Source: Octopus bimaculoides (lineage: Eukaryota). Taken from it: a stretch of DNA of 48,051 nt. The DNA lies in assembly GCF_001194135.2 (NCBI RefSeq), contig NC_068995.1, positions 3,190,884 to 3,238,934 on the forward strand. Reading direction: 5' to 3'. The translations under genes were made by a program, and so were the position numbers. Of this stretch, positions 11,593 through 24,985 are shown piece after piece (positions within the stretch are counted from its first letter, which is position 1; each line of letters starts with the position of its first letter). The notes below the pieces were generated by a model. The model searched no databases. It worked only from the letters and a program-made list of their open reading frames with translations, and was not told the DNA's origin.

Positions 11593-12783
11593 AAGATGTA
11601 ATGTAAATATTCATTATATCTTTCTAAATTTCACATGGAATTTTTGGCCAACCGAAGTCGCCTTGGTCAATAAATCGACCTACTTATTTTCATCTGTAAA
11701 TTTTGGTCTGAAAAATTCGACTTGTAAGGAGGAAAATATGTTACGAACGAATCCGTTATTATTTGGCTTCTCACTATTCTGCATGCACCTCATAAAACTA
11801 TAATTGTTCTGACAATGGGCGACAATGACACACATTGAAGGCAGCCAATGATAACAGGTGACTTGGTCACGTGGGTCGGCCATGGTGTTCGGTTCTCGTC
11901 ACATCTAAAACATACTTCATGCAGTGAGACGTCATTTAATTATAAAAATTAACAAATATCAGGAATTAATTTATTAAACCCAATATAAAATACACACGTG
12001 TCATCTGAGACGAAATTTAATTAGAAATTATTTATTACATCAACTGCAATTAAAAAAAAATTGGGTTGATTTGCTTTTTGTGTCTTTTATTTTAGTATTC
12101 ATAACGGCTTTGTGGACGACTGATAGAAACATTATTCGAAATATAATAAATTCATTAGATTTCGTTTGTAGCACGTTTATTATAAGTGGCCGAGTACACT
12201 TATGATCATTAACGAGTAGACATCACGTGACTTTTGTTTATTTTGTGTTGTGTAAGGCTGACAACATTAAGTAATATTTACTCACTTATTTTCTGTCTGT
12301 CAGTCTCTGTCTCTNNNNNNNNNNNNNNNNNNNNNNNNNNNNNNNNNNNNNNNNNNNNNNNNNNNNNNNNNNNNNNNNNNNNNNNNNNNNNNNNNNNNNN
12401 NNNNNNNNNNNNNNNNNNNNNNNNNNNNNNNNNNNNNNNNNNNNNNNNNNNNNNNNNNNNNNNNNNNNNNNNNNNNNNNNNNNNNNNNNNNNNNNNNNNN
12501 NNNNNNNNNNNNNNNNNNNNNNNNNNNNNNNNNNNNNNNNNNNNNNNNNNNNNNNNNNNNNNNNNNNNNNNNNNNNNNNNNNNNNNNNNNNNNNNNNNNN
12601 NNNNNNNNNNNNNNNNNNNNNNNNNNNNNNNNNNNNNNNNNNNNNNNNNNNNNNNNNNNNNNNNNNNNNNNNNNNNNNNNNNNNNNNNNNNNNNNNNNNN
12701 NNNNNNNNNNNNNNNNNNNNNNNNNNNNNNNNNNNNNNNNNNNNNNNNNNNNNNNNNNNNNNNNNNNNNNNNNNNNNNNNNNN

Positions 12784-12825
<42 letters not shown>

Positions 12826-13730
12826 GGGGGGGGGTTGCGTATTTGCGTGTGTTTTGATACTAGTTTAAAGTCTGAGCGAAACGACCCGGAGCCAAAGACA
12901 GGGAATAAGAAAGTAACGGAGATGTGTGTGCATGTATGCGTTTGAATATGTGCATCTATGTATGGGCAAATGTGTGTGTACATGCGAGATTCTGTGTGTG
13001 TGTGTGTGTGTGTGTGTATGTACGTGTGTACATGTGTGTGTACGCGTGTATGTGTGTGTAACTGTGTGTGTGTACGTGTGTGTGTGTGTGTGTGTACGCG
13101 TGTATATGTGTGTAACTGTGTGTTATTTTGCTTATCTGTGCAAGACATGACAATAAGACCCAGTTTCATGAGTTCAAGTTTATTAAGGGAAACTGAGACG
13201 AGGAGAGAGAGAGAGACAGAGAGAGACAGAGAGAGAGAGAGAGAGACAGAGAGGCAGAGGGAAAGAGAAGGGGAGAGAGGAGAGAGATAGGTGAGGGAGA
13301 CGGGGGAAACGAAGGTGGAGGAGAAAGGGGATACGGGTAATGGTGCCTGCTCAGCAATGGCCGACGGCGAGTGAATAGCGGAAGTAAATGATTTCTAGCG
13401 GAAGTGATTTCGTCACATTTGAGCTTTTGTCCAGGCATGAATTCCCTTACACCACTGTCAACANNNNNNNNNNNNNNNNNNNNNNNNNNNNNNNNNNNNN
13501 NNNNNNNNNNNNNNNNNNNNNNNNNNNNNNNNNNNNNNNACACACACACACACACACACAGTTATACTGATACACAGTTATACAGATACACACTGACATA
13601 TGCACGCACATATATAGACACATATACAGAAACACGCACGTAGGCACAAACTAGCCTACACAGAGACACACGTATATATACATATGTATGCATGCATACG
13701 TATACACGCAAAGAGACAATTGTGCAGCCA

Positions 13731-13763
<33 letters not shown>

Positions 13764-13949
13764 AGCCTCTCTCTCCTCTCTCTCTCTCTCTCTTTTACAC
13801 ATACGCACGCATACACGCAGTGTAAGCATACGGTTAATTAGCTGACCGCACTGACACAGACAGCCGCACCTACGAGCACACACACACATGCACACACACA
13901 CACACACACGCTTACACAGATACACACATAGTCACACAANNNNNNNNNN

Positions 13950-13996
<47 letters not shown>

Positions 13997-14651
13997 CACA
14001 CACACACACACACACGCTTACACAGATACACACATAGTCACACAAACGCACCCACTCGAATATACTCGTTTACCCCCTACATAGTTATCGCGATAAACTT
14101 ATATTCGCCGTTCAACCTCATATACACCCGTATATACACACGCTCCTTCTACACACAATAAATAGCTTTATTCATATTCTTACAATATGGCCACAGTAGT
14201 TTCAGCCAAACCAATTCGCTAAGCGTCATCAATCGCTTTGCCGTGGCTTAGAGATTATCCTCTTTGTTGATACATCGATGGCGATGTTGTAATAATTCTG
14301 GTACATTTTGGCTATCTCACCCCCATTAAAATATTGAGCTATCTCCCCCTAGTAAAAAGATTGTTTAACCCTCAATAAAACAAAATGTATGTATGTATGT
14401 ATGTATGTATATACAAAAGTAAATGAGTATATGCATATATACGTACAGGTATGTGCATACCGACATCCACCTGTATGTATAGGTGCATATCTGGGTACAG
14501 GACATTGCACACAAACGTAGACGAGAACACACGGGCCACATAGAGAACATTCTACTTCTTCAGCTACCCACGTTTTAACACCGGCGTTTCGACGAGCTTC
14601 ATATATATATATATATGTATGTATGTATGTATACATATAGATATATATGTA

Positions 14652-14730
14652 TACGATTTGTTCGACTAAAGGCGGTGCTCCAGCATGGCCGCCAGTCAAA
14701 TGACTGAAACAAATAAAAGAATAAAAGACT
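14652..14730 (+). mobile_element. SINE family B, 3' end
   Basis: gatttgttcgactaaaggcggtgctccagcatggccg.cagtcaaatgactgaaacaaataaaaga. Confidence 0.8.
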
Positions 14731-15071
14731 ATAGCTTCTGGAGTAAAGTATTGGTTCACAGAAGCCTCGTGAGTGATAATTAATGGACGGAAACTGGGTG
14801 GAAGCTGGTCGGGTGGAATGTATCCGTATTTAATGGTTTAACCTGGTCACATGGTGTGTCACGCTTGTTCAGACAGATAGTTACATTAAGAGTGTACGTG
14901 TCTGTGGAGTACTCAGCCACTTTCATGCTAGTTGTAGCCGAACATAGAACACAACTGGGTGATGTAGACCTGCATGCTCTTTGAAAGAAGGGATGGCCAT
15001 GGTCAGAATAGCTTTGATTATGTGTCTGCTCAGTCAAAGCTGACCTGCGGCTAAATAACAATGAACAACAA

Positions 15072-15143
<72 letters not shown>

Positions 15144-16779
15144 CTACTACTACTACTACTACTACAACTACTACTACTACTACAAAAGTAAGGGTAACGA
15201 CATTAACTAAAACATCTAGAAGTACAGCAAACTGCAACAACAACAGCTAAAACGTCCTTTCAACATGTCAAAGCGAACATAATGTTATTTAATTAAATAT
15301 TAAAATAACATANNNNNNNNNNNNNNNNNNNNNNNNNNNNNNNNNNNNNNNNNNNNNNNNACCACCACCACCACTACCACCACCACCACTACCACCACCA
15401 ACGTCACCACCACCACTACCACTACCACCACCAACAGCAACAACCACACCGCCACCATTATTACTGCTACCACCATCAGCATAATATCTCGGTTTGTTTT
15501 CTCCTTTATTTCTTTAATTTAACGAAAACATGGAGCAGAGATTGGTAAATTATTAATTTAATCAGCATCGGGAGTCGTCATAGCGTAGGAAAGCATGGAT
15601 GTAATGGGTCGAAGAGACTTTGAGAAAGAAAAAAAAGGAGCGAGGATTATGAGAGCGAACGATAGACGTAGTTTGGATGAGGAGGTAGAGATGTAGAGAG
15701 GTTGAGAGAAGGGGAGGTAATTCTGCCTGCAGGGGATTATTCCATTTAAACACTGCAGATTATGTAGACGACAAAATACCTAACAGCTTTGATACATCAC
15801 GTACAACATAGATCGCACGTGTGAAGAACATGCATTTTTGGTGTAGTTTTGCGGCTCCTGGTTCTTGCGACATAGCTTGCTGCTGTTTGTTAAATGCTGT
15901 TTCTACGACGAAAGCTATTGCTGGAGACGGCGGCGGCGGCGTCACCTACATGAAGCTGACAGAATTATACATGGTTGAATGGCTGGCAGGGTGGCTGGTT
16001 GGCTGGTTGGCTGGCTGGCTGGCACGGTTGTCGACTGGTTGATTGGTGTGTGTGTGTGTGTGTGTTGCTGGCGTCTAATGGAATCTATTTCCAGGAATGT
16101 AAACAGTGGCGTTAGCGTTAATTATAACGTCTCGAACATTTATGAGCAGGGACGAAGCCACTCGTCTGCATAACCTCAGGGACTTTGGCTGACAGCTGTC
16201 ATATGTAGAAGAAGGTGAATGGGTGACGAATAAGCAAAAGATAAACAAATAAACTAATAAGTATTCAAAATAAATAAGTAAATAAATAAATAAATAAAAC
16301 GGGTTACTTAGTAAGAGAAGAGGACAAATGCACAACAAACGTAGCTGTTGGGCAGTAGAGTTTGGCTGGAGCAGTCCGTACAACGGTTTTGGTGTGGAAT
16401 CAGGCGCAATTCCACTTGTTAACTGACCAAATTAAAAGATAGCAGGACAAAAGAGTGCAAAGGTGATGAAAAGGGTGGGGGGACTAGAGAAAGGAAATAG
16501 GTTTAAAAAGTTTAGCCACAAAACAGGGCTGTCTCGAAGATAAGGGAATTAGTTACAAGCGACAGACAACCGGAAGTCCACTCCATTTTCGACCGTCCAT
16601 TTTTTGTTCGCTTTATTTATTTATTTTTGTTTTGTTTTACCCTTCATTTCATCTCGTGTTTATATATTTATTAACCTGCTTACCTATTTATTTTTATGTG
16701 TCACGCAAAAGCGTGCGTACGCGCACACACGCGCACACACATATGTATGTATGGGGGAAATAAGACATGGTACATGAAG

Positions 16780-16921
16780 TGAAATTGTTAGCATGCCGGA
16801 CGAAAAATATTTCGCGGCATTTTGCCCGTCTTTACGTTCTGAGTTCAAACTCCGCCAAGGTCGACTTTGTCTTTCATCCTTTCGTGGTCAGTAAAATAAG
16901 TAACAAGTTGAGTGCTGGGTC
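16780..16921 (+). mobile_element. SINE family A, 3'-truncated, abutting the R4-like LINE
   Basis: Family A head and body end at agtgctgggtc, where the LINE RT sequence begins. Confidence 0.85.
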
Positions 16922-18090
16922 AAAATAGAAATTAGGAGAGGCATCTTCCAAGGGGACTGCCTCTCCCCACTGATCTTTGTGCTGTGCCTGATACCACTAA
17001 CACTCATTCTGAGGAAAGCAAAGGCTGGGTGTATATTCAAGAGACACCAACAAAAAGTCAACCATTTGTTATTCATGGATGACCTCAAACTTTATGATAA
17101 AGATGAATCTCAAGTCAGTTCCCTCGTTGATGGTGTATACTTTCAGTGATGATATCAGAATGGAGTTGAGACTGTAAAAGTGTGATGTGTTAGTCTTGAA
17201 GAGAGGCAAAGTTAAATGTATGGACGGGCTAGCGATACCGTTGAGGGAGGTTATGAAGTAGATAGAAGAGATGGGCTATAAATATTTGGCGATATTGGAA
17301 ATGGATAAATTGATGGAGAAAGAAATGACAGAAAGATTTAGGGTGGAATACTTGCGCAGACTGAGATTGATCCTTAAATTGAAATTAAACAGACGGAATA
17401 AGATTGAAGCTATCAACACTTGGGCGGTTTCCTCTCCTTAGATATGGGACAGGGGTAATCGCATTGACAGTAGATGAACTAAACAGCTTAGACAGAAGGA
17501 CAAGGAAGTTGCTGACTAGATATGGGATACTTCACCCAAAAAGTGACACAGACAGACTGTATGTACTAAGAAAAAGAAGGGGAAGAGGACTTATTGGATN
17601 NNNNNNNNNAAAAGTGACACAGACAGACTGTATGTACTAAGAAAAAGAAGGGGAAGAGGACTTATTGGATGCGAACACAGCATTAGAGCAGAAGAAAACA
17701 ACATAGCATGGTATGTAAAAAATGCCACAGTTCAACTATTATTGGAAGTAAGAAGGTCAGACTTGTGTAGGATGGAAGATTGCAAAGATAAAGCACTGGA
17801 CAAGGACTTGAGAATGAATGAAACAGAAAATCGGTGGATAAAGAAAAGAATGCATGGACAATTTCATAGAGATGTTGAAGATAAGACAAACAGAAAAAAA
17901 AGATGGCTATGGATGACTAAAAGTGATTTAAAACCGGAAACGGAGGCTCTAATATGTGCTGTCCAAGAACAAGCATTAAGAATCAATTACATCAAATACA
18001 GAATAGACAACACATCAAAAAGTGATAAGTGCAGACTTTGTGGACAAAATTGTGGAACCGTATGGCATATTACCAGTCAATGTACACCCT
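16919..18090 (+). mobile_element. Decayed non-LTR retrotransposon fragment, R4/Dong-like clade (RT 3' half to CCHC knuckle)
   Basis: Translates RRGIFQGDCLSPLIF...NHLLFMDDLKLY, HPKSDTDRLYV.R..RGRGL, MHGQF, LKPETEALICAVQEQAL and KCRLCGQNCGTVWHITSQC, with frameshifts and stops. The restriction-like endonuclease region is absent. Confidence 0.85.
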
Positions 18091-18140
18091 ATCGAAACCA
18101 CAATCTCGTGCTCTATGTACAACATCCTAATCACAACGCG

Positions 18141-18225
<85 letters not shown>

Positions 18226-18658
18226 GGTGGCATATATGGTGGGGGTTCTGTTTGGAGGGTTATATGTGTGTGTGTGTGTGTATACATACGTACACACACG
18301 TTGGGCGATATGGGAGCATAGAAACGACTGCTGCTATTTTTGCAGGTCGAGCAAGCACTTAAAGGCTTCCTCGTTAGCACGCCTTACTGAGTGATGTAAT
18401 GGTGCAATGATGCAATGAAGCAGTGATGCACTATTACAAACAATGTGCAGCAACGTCCCTCTCCCCACCTCTCTCTGGTATCTATGTAATATGAACCGAC
18501 TGCATTGTGTCAGGTCGCAGTGCTGCGTTGTAGTGTTCAGAAAGACACGATTACCTCCCTTGTCTGGTAACAAGGCAGAACAGGTGTGTGTATATGTGTG
18601 TTCGTGTGTAAGTGTTTATATGTGTGTGTTCGTGTGTGTTTGCGCGTGTGTGTATATT

Positions 18659-18697
<39 letters not shown>

Positions 18698-19419
18698 ATA
18701 CACACACACATTCATTGGTGATTATGGTCGTTGATTGAACTGCTACAGTCAGCAGGATGGTCACGGCTGGAACGCACTTGATCATAGGTATGTTTAACAA
18801 CCACAACTGCACAATTACGTCAGACCCTCAAACATATCCCAGTGTAGCATTTGCATAATTACAGCGCTGCACCTCTCAATAAATCTGCAACTGCACACCT
18901 GCATAACTGCATCATTGCAGAACTACTGCAAAACAATGTACAGATGCATCTCTGCGTCAATCCGCAACTGCACCGCAGCATAATTGCATAAGAGCGCAAA
19001 TGCATCAATATGCAACCTCACTGTTGCTCAACTGCGCTGATGCAACGCAGAATAAGCTGTATTTAAAATGAGACAGAAAAAAAAAACCTCTCATTTTTGT
19101 TGCTTCAATGCAACAAAAGCTTGTAAAGTTCGTCTGATAATAATGATATCTTCATGCATCTGATATTTTACGGTTTTTTCTTTCAGTTACTAGATTTAGT
19201 TTGAACTGGTGCACATCGTGCATTTGCAGTGAAGATATTTGACAACCTGTAAAATACAGAAGGCTTTTTGTTGCACCCTTTAATACTGGAAAACTGGACA
19301 AGCAGACGACACAGTCAATAGTTATGTGACGTCATCAACGGCTAATTAGATCGTTGCAGTAGTATATGGATATTAAGGAGTTTATTGGGAAATGGCAATA
19401 TAAGGGGCTTTATATTTTA

Positions 19420-19604
19420 TCCCTTACTTCTTTCAGTCATTAGATTGCAGCCAAGGGGTTTTAGTCGAATAATTTGAAACTGGTACTTATTTATTTAAAG
19501 CCTGGAACCTATTAGTCACTCTTATCGAACCGCTAAGTTTTGAGGCTTAAACAAACCAACACCGAGTGTCAAGCGGTGATCGGCATAAACATAAGCACAA
19601 AAAC

Positions 19605-19645
<41 letters not shown>

Positions 19646-19830
19646 NNNNNNNNNNNNNNNNNNNNNNNNNNNNNNNNNNNNNNNNNNNNNNNNNNNNNNN
19701 NNNNNNNNNNNNNNNNNNNNNNNNNNNNNNNNNNNNNNNNNNCCAAATCCACTTACTAGGCTTTGGTCGGTCTGAGGCCAAAGTAGAAAATACGTGGCCA
19801 AAGTACTACGCATTAGGACCCACTCCATTT
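19420..19830 (-). mobile_element. SINE family B, reverse orientation, split by an N-gap
   Basis: ttacttctttcagtcattagattgcagcc...gaaccgctaagtt...[gap]...ccaaatccactt..aggctttggtcggtctgaggc. Confidence 0.8.
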
Positions 19831-19905
19831 GTAAGTTAGCATGTGCGTTACCCTCTTTCGGGCAGTTATCCCTAAATATTAGCCTCTTTATTAATACTAA
19901 TCGAA

Positions 19906-20128
19906 AGGCAACGAGCTGGCAGAATTGTTAGCACGCCAGGCAAAACGCTTAGCGGCGTTTCGTCTGTCTTTACGTTCTGAGTTCAAATTCCCCCGAGGTC
20001 AGCTTTACCTTTCATCCTATCGGGGTCAATAAAACAAGTACCAACCAAGTACTGAGGTCGATGTAATCGACTGGCCCCTCACCCTAAAATTTCAGGTCTT
20101 GTACTTATCGTATAAAGGATTATTATTA
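19906..20128 (+). mobile_element. SINE family A, near full length
   Basis: Same head, B-box GAGTTCAAATTCC and body, with a gattattatta tail. Confidence 0.88.
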
Positions 20129-21491
20129 GCATAAAATATCGCCCTCTGAGCGGTTTTCTGTTAATCAATAAATCGATCTTTAATGACTATGATATACCCG
20201 TTCCACCAAACTCAGATTTACTTCACTTGTATAATAGCGACTGAGTCCGTATTAACAGCGAGAGATAATATTTATCGCCACTTAAACGCTGATGTTCTGT
20301 TAGAACAAGCTATACTGCGGTAGAGACCACGAGAGAAGCTCCAGCACCGAGATCACCAGATCACGTGATTTCGACCTTGTTTGGACTTGTCAGTGATGGA
20401 CACTCGACCGCTGGAGATAGCAGCAGTTCATCTCCCCGCCAGCGGTGAAGTACCAGACAAGTACTGGGGGATCAGTTGTATAGCCTTAACCCCCTCCCTT
20501 CAAAATTGCTGCACATTGTGTGTATCGTAGAGACCAATACAGCCGGGAAACAGAAAACGAATGAAGAAATGAAACTACTACTGCTGCTGCTACATATGAT
20601 GATGATGATGATGATGATGATGATACCAGTACCTGCACCAGCACCACCAGCACCACCACCACCACCAGCACAAACACCACCACCACCTCAAACAATACCT
20701 TAACCTGNNNNNNNNNNNNNNNNNNNNNNNNNNNNNNNNNNNNNNNNNNNNNNNNNNNNNNNNNNNNNNNNNNNNNNNNNNNNNNNNNNNNNNNNNNNNN
20801 NNNNNNNNNNNNNNNNNNNNNNNNNNNNNNNNNNNNNNNNNNNNNNNNNNNNNNNNNNNNNNNNNNNNNNNNNNNNNNNNNNNNNNNNNNNNNNNNNNNN
20901 NNNNNNNNNNNNNNNNNNNNNNNNNNNNNNNNNNNNNNNNNNNNNNNNNNNNNNNNNNNNNNNNNNNNNNNNNNNNNNNNNNNNNNNNNNNNNNNNNNNN
21001 NNNNNNNNNNNNNNNNNNNNNNNNNNNNNNNNNNNNNNNNNNNNNNNNNNNNNNNNNNNNNNNNNNNNNNNNNNNNNNNNNNNNNNNNNNNNNNNNNNNN
21101 NNNNNNNNNNNNNNNNNNNNNNNNNNNNNNNNNNNNNNNNNNNNNNNNNNNNNNNNNNNNNNNNNNNNNNNNNNNNNNNNNNNNNNNNNNNNNNNNNNNN
21201 NNNNNNNNNNNNNNNNNNNNNNNNNNNNNNNNNNNNNNNNNNNNNNNNNNNNNNNNNNNNNNNNNNNNNNNNNNNNNNNNNNNNNNNNNNNNNNNNNNNN
21301 NNNNNNNNNNNNNNNNNNNNNNNNNNNNNNNNNNNNNNCTTCATCCTCTTCTTTCTCCTTCTCGTCACCATCCTCATCACCACCACCACCACCACCACTG
21401 CCGCCGCCGCCGCCGCCACCATCATCAGCATCATTGTCATTAACAGCATGATGATCAAAATAAAGATCGTGTTGGTTGCTGTGGTAGTAGT

Positions 21492-21567
<76 letters not shown>

Positions 21568-22244
21568 ATTTTACATATAGTGATGAAGACGATGACGACG
21601 ATGTTGATGAGGAAGACGATGATGATAATGATGAAGGTGAGGAGTAGCAAAAAGAGAGGAAGGGGATCACACACACACACACACACACATACTCCATACT
21701 CATCCATCCATACATACAAACATACATACACACACACACACACATGTACAGAGAAAGAGAGTGAAAGCGGAGAAGAAGAAGAAGAAGAAGAAGAAGAAGA
21801 AGAAGAAGAAGAAGAAGAAGAAGAAGAAAGCTTTCGCGTTACAATACAAGTGTCCAAGAACGTGTCTCTGTAGATGTCTGCGAGTAGGGGCGTGGGTGGG
21901 GTGGAGAGACAGGGGTACGGGTAGACAGTGATGACACGGTACCCTGACACCTGTCACCATCTCAAGGGAATACATGTCAGCACAGTTGGGTGTTGTGCTA
22001 GACTGGCCTGGCAGGGGTTCTAATCACTGATAAGTCATCAAATTGTAATTTCTCGCTGGGGTCGTCGTACTAAAGGCGAACTGTGGGAGTCGGTTCAGCA
22101 TGAACCTCACTACACCTCGTGCCTTTTTCTTTTTTTCTGCTGTGTGTGTGTGTATCAGTGTCTTGCTCTAACTCTCTGTCTCTGTATATTTATGTGCTTA
22201 TATGTGTGTGTATTTGTGTGTGTGTGTGTGCAGATACATACTTA

Positions 22245-22286
<42 letters not shown>

Positions 22287-24318
22287 AAACATAGGTGACT
22301 TGGCAGCACACAGCTTCCAATATCTTCTCTACAATGGAGGCGGTGAAGTAGTAACAGAATCTTTAGAGCGACGGATAGAATGCTTATATTTGCTGCGACG
22401 CTGTGCACCCCGAGTTCAATTCCAAACGAAGACCACTACCTTTCATTTTTTTTCTTCGGAATCAATATTTGAAATCCAAACAAAACGGTCATCGTTTCTT
22501 CTTCTTACATGTTAGTTGAGGGACAGATCGTTCAGTTGGTCGAACGACTGAATCCACGTCGTCTAACGACGGAGATCCATCGCCATAAAGCCCGATAAGT
22601 TTTGTATATTTAAAAAATATGGCCAGATGCAGGCTTTCCAGAAGTCTTGCCTTTGCCTTTGAAGAACATCTTACCGTTAAAGAAATCTTGTTCTTTCTGT
22701 TGCAGTAAACGTATTATAGAGGTCGTGACTTGTTCATGAATTACGATACGAAACAAATGAGTGGTTAGAGAGCGAACACAACAAGAGACCATCAGCAGTT
22801 TTCATTTTGATCCAGAAATTTCTGTCCTCTGAAATACATCTCAATCTGAAAATGAACATCATAACTGTGTTCGTCTCGGAAAAGACAAACTGTATATATA
22901 AGGACATTGCTAAATATTTTACAAGAAAACAGTTCATTTCATGTGTAAAGAAACCTTTATTTGTTTTTGTTTTTTTTCCTTCTGAAATTTAATGATGTAA
23001 AATGTCTCTCTATCAAACAAACACACACTCACTCACGCTCTCATTCTCTCCGTCATGGCACACATCCCACACAGTGCCAATCCCACATTCATTTCATTGT
23101 GCTCCCACAAGCTATACTTACCTTCCACCAAACTGACGTTCGAGAAGTATCGAGATATTTCATTCACTGATTTTTCTTTCATTTATTTAAAAGAATAGAT
23201 CAACAATTTTCAATTCTGTGCAAGCCATAACACACTGATTAAGGCACTAAAAGTCGTACAGCATACCACCAGCTTCTTAGGAGTATATACATACACACAC
23301 ATACATGCATAACATATATGTATATATATATATATNNNNNNNNNNNNNNNNNNNNNNNNNNNNNNNNNNNNNNNNNNNNNNNNNNNNNNNNNNNNNNNNN
23401 NNNNNNNNNNNNNNNNNNNNNNNNNNNNNNNNNNNNNNNNNNNNNNNNNNNNNNNNNNNNNNNNNNNNNNNNNNNNNNNNNNNNNNNNNNNNNNNNNNNN
23501 NNNNNNNNNNNNNNNNNNNNNNNNNNNNNNNNNNNNNNNNNNNNNNNNNNNNNNNNNNNNNNNNNNNNNNNNNNNNNNNNNNNNNNNNNNNNNNNNNNNN
23601 NNNNNNNNNNNNNNNNNNNNNNNNNNNNNNNNNNNNNNNNNNNNNNNNNNNNNNNNNNNNNNNNNNNNNNNNNNNNNNNNNNNNNNNNNNNNNNNNNNNN
23701 NNNNNNNNNNNNNNNNNNNNNNNNNNNNNNNNNNNNNNNNNNNNNNNNNNNNNNNNNNNNNNNNNNNNNNNNNNNNNNNNNNNNNNNNNNNNNNNNNNNN
23801 NNNNNNNNNNNNNNNNNNNNNNNNNNNNNNNNNNNNNNNNNNNNNNNNNNNNNNNNNNNNNNNNNNNNNNNNNNNNNNNNNNNNNNNNNNNNNNNNNNNN
23901 NNNNNNNNNNNNNNNNNTATATATATATATATATATATGCATACGTACACATAACTAGTTCTAAAATTGTTTTAAAACCGAAACGGGTGTATGCACTTTG
24001 CACTTTGCCACAAATACACATATACACCGGTGTGGTGCATAAAAAAAACACCCCAAATTTTCCTAATGTCCGAACATTTTTCGACTCTCTTTAAAAACTC
24101 GCGACACATTGGTGGCACACTAGCGTCCTACCGCGGCGCAGTGTTTGAAAACACCTGGTCTAGATCCTCAGAAATGACAATTGGTTAACAAAGTTGAAGC
24201 AATAATCGAGAGAGAGAGAGCGGTTCAAGGTTCGAATTTCACCTTGGAGCAGCTCAACAAATGTTTTTAATGGTAATTTTTTTTCCCTTTCAAAAATATT
24301 GCAGTGATAACAGTCCAA

Positions 24319-24642
24319 TCACTTACTGTAAACACTTAATATTCCCATGGCAACACTATGCTCGTGGGCCTTCAACCGTAAAGAAGCAATGCTTGAACTG
24401 CGTCGCTCAGTCTCTGAACAGGGGTCCATTACTCTGATTGGTATATTATTGTTGAAAAATGTGGAGGTTTGTGTCTGGACGGATGGTACTTGAGATCGAG
24501 ATTGGTGTGAGGCTGGTTGTAAATGGCTAGGGTTTGCCAGACCCATAAAGCTTGGGAGATCAGTGTGAGGGGCCATACAAGAACTGGAGATTGTAAGCTG
24601 GTTTGAAGCAATGCATTTGTTTGGCCAGACGCTATTTTGGAT
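24319..24642 (-). CDS. Alx: Alx terminal coding exon with C-terminal OAR (aristaless) motif
   Basis: Strong acceptor tttgtttttctttttcttccag| in phase 0. Encodes 107 aa, IQNSVWPNK...ERRSSSIASLRLKAHEHSVAMGILSVYSK*. Splicing to the upstream exon restores YPQ|IQN as in vertebrate Alx proteins. RRSSSIASLRLKAHEH is an OAR motif. Confidence 0.93.
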   Translation of the reverse strand: MQNSVWPNKCIASNQLTISSSCMAPHTDLPSFMGLANPSHLQPASHQSRSQVPSVQTQTSTFFNNNIPIRVMDPCSETERRSSSIASLRLKAHEHSVAMGILSVYSK

Positions 24643-24713
24643 CTGGAAGAAAAAGAAAAACAAACATAAGGAATAGAACACGCAACAATCAGGGCCTATC
24701 AGTAAGAGACAAC

Positions 24714-24761
<48 letters not shown>

Positions 24762-24930
24762 GGACTTGAAAAGATAGAAGATCGAAGTATTTCCAATGCA
24801 GCCTCCCTCGAGGCTTTCTACACCCTGCATGGAAACTGCAATGGCGTTAAAAACAGGGTGGTACCGAAACAATGGTAACTGGTCACTGAAGATATGCTAA
24901 ACTCTTTGTTTTCTTATTTGCATTGTATTA

Positions 24931-24985
<55 letters not shown>

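Noticed and set aside
15760-16045. GC-rich island with short ORFs on both strands
   Set aside because: No recognisable domain and no consistent acceptor/donor/frame combination.
17538-17669. About 60-bp tandem duplication inside the R4-like LINE
   Set aside because: The copies are separated by a 10-N spacer, so this is a contig-overlap artefact. The same applies to 13870-14045.
21830-22140. GC-rich, promoter-looking segment after purine tracts
   Set aside because: Only compositional evidence; no core-promoter or ORF support.
24100-24165. hAT/Charlie-like terminal sequence (cagtgtttgaaaacacctg followed by gtctagat); similar hints at about 40540 and 41500
   Set aside because: Only one end is visible and a matching TIR or TSD could not be established.
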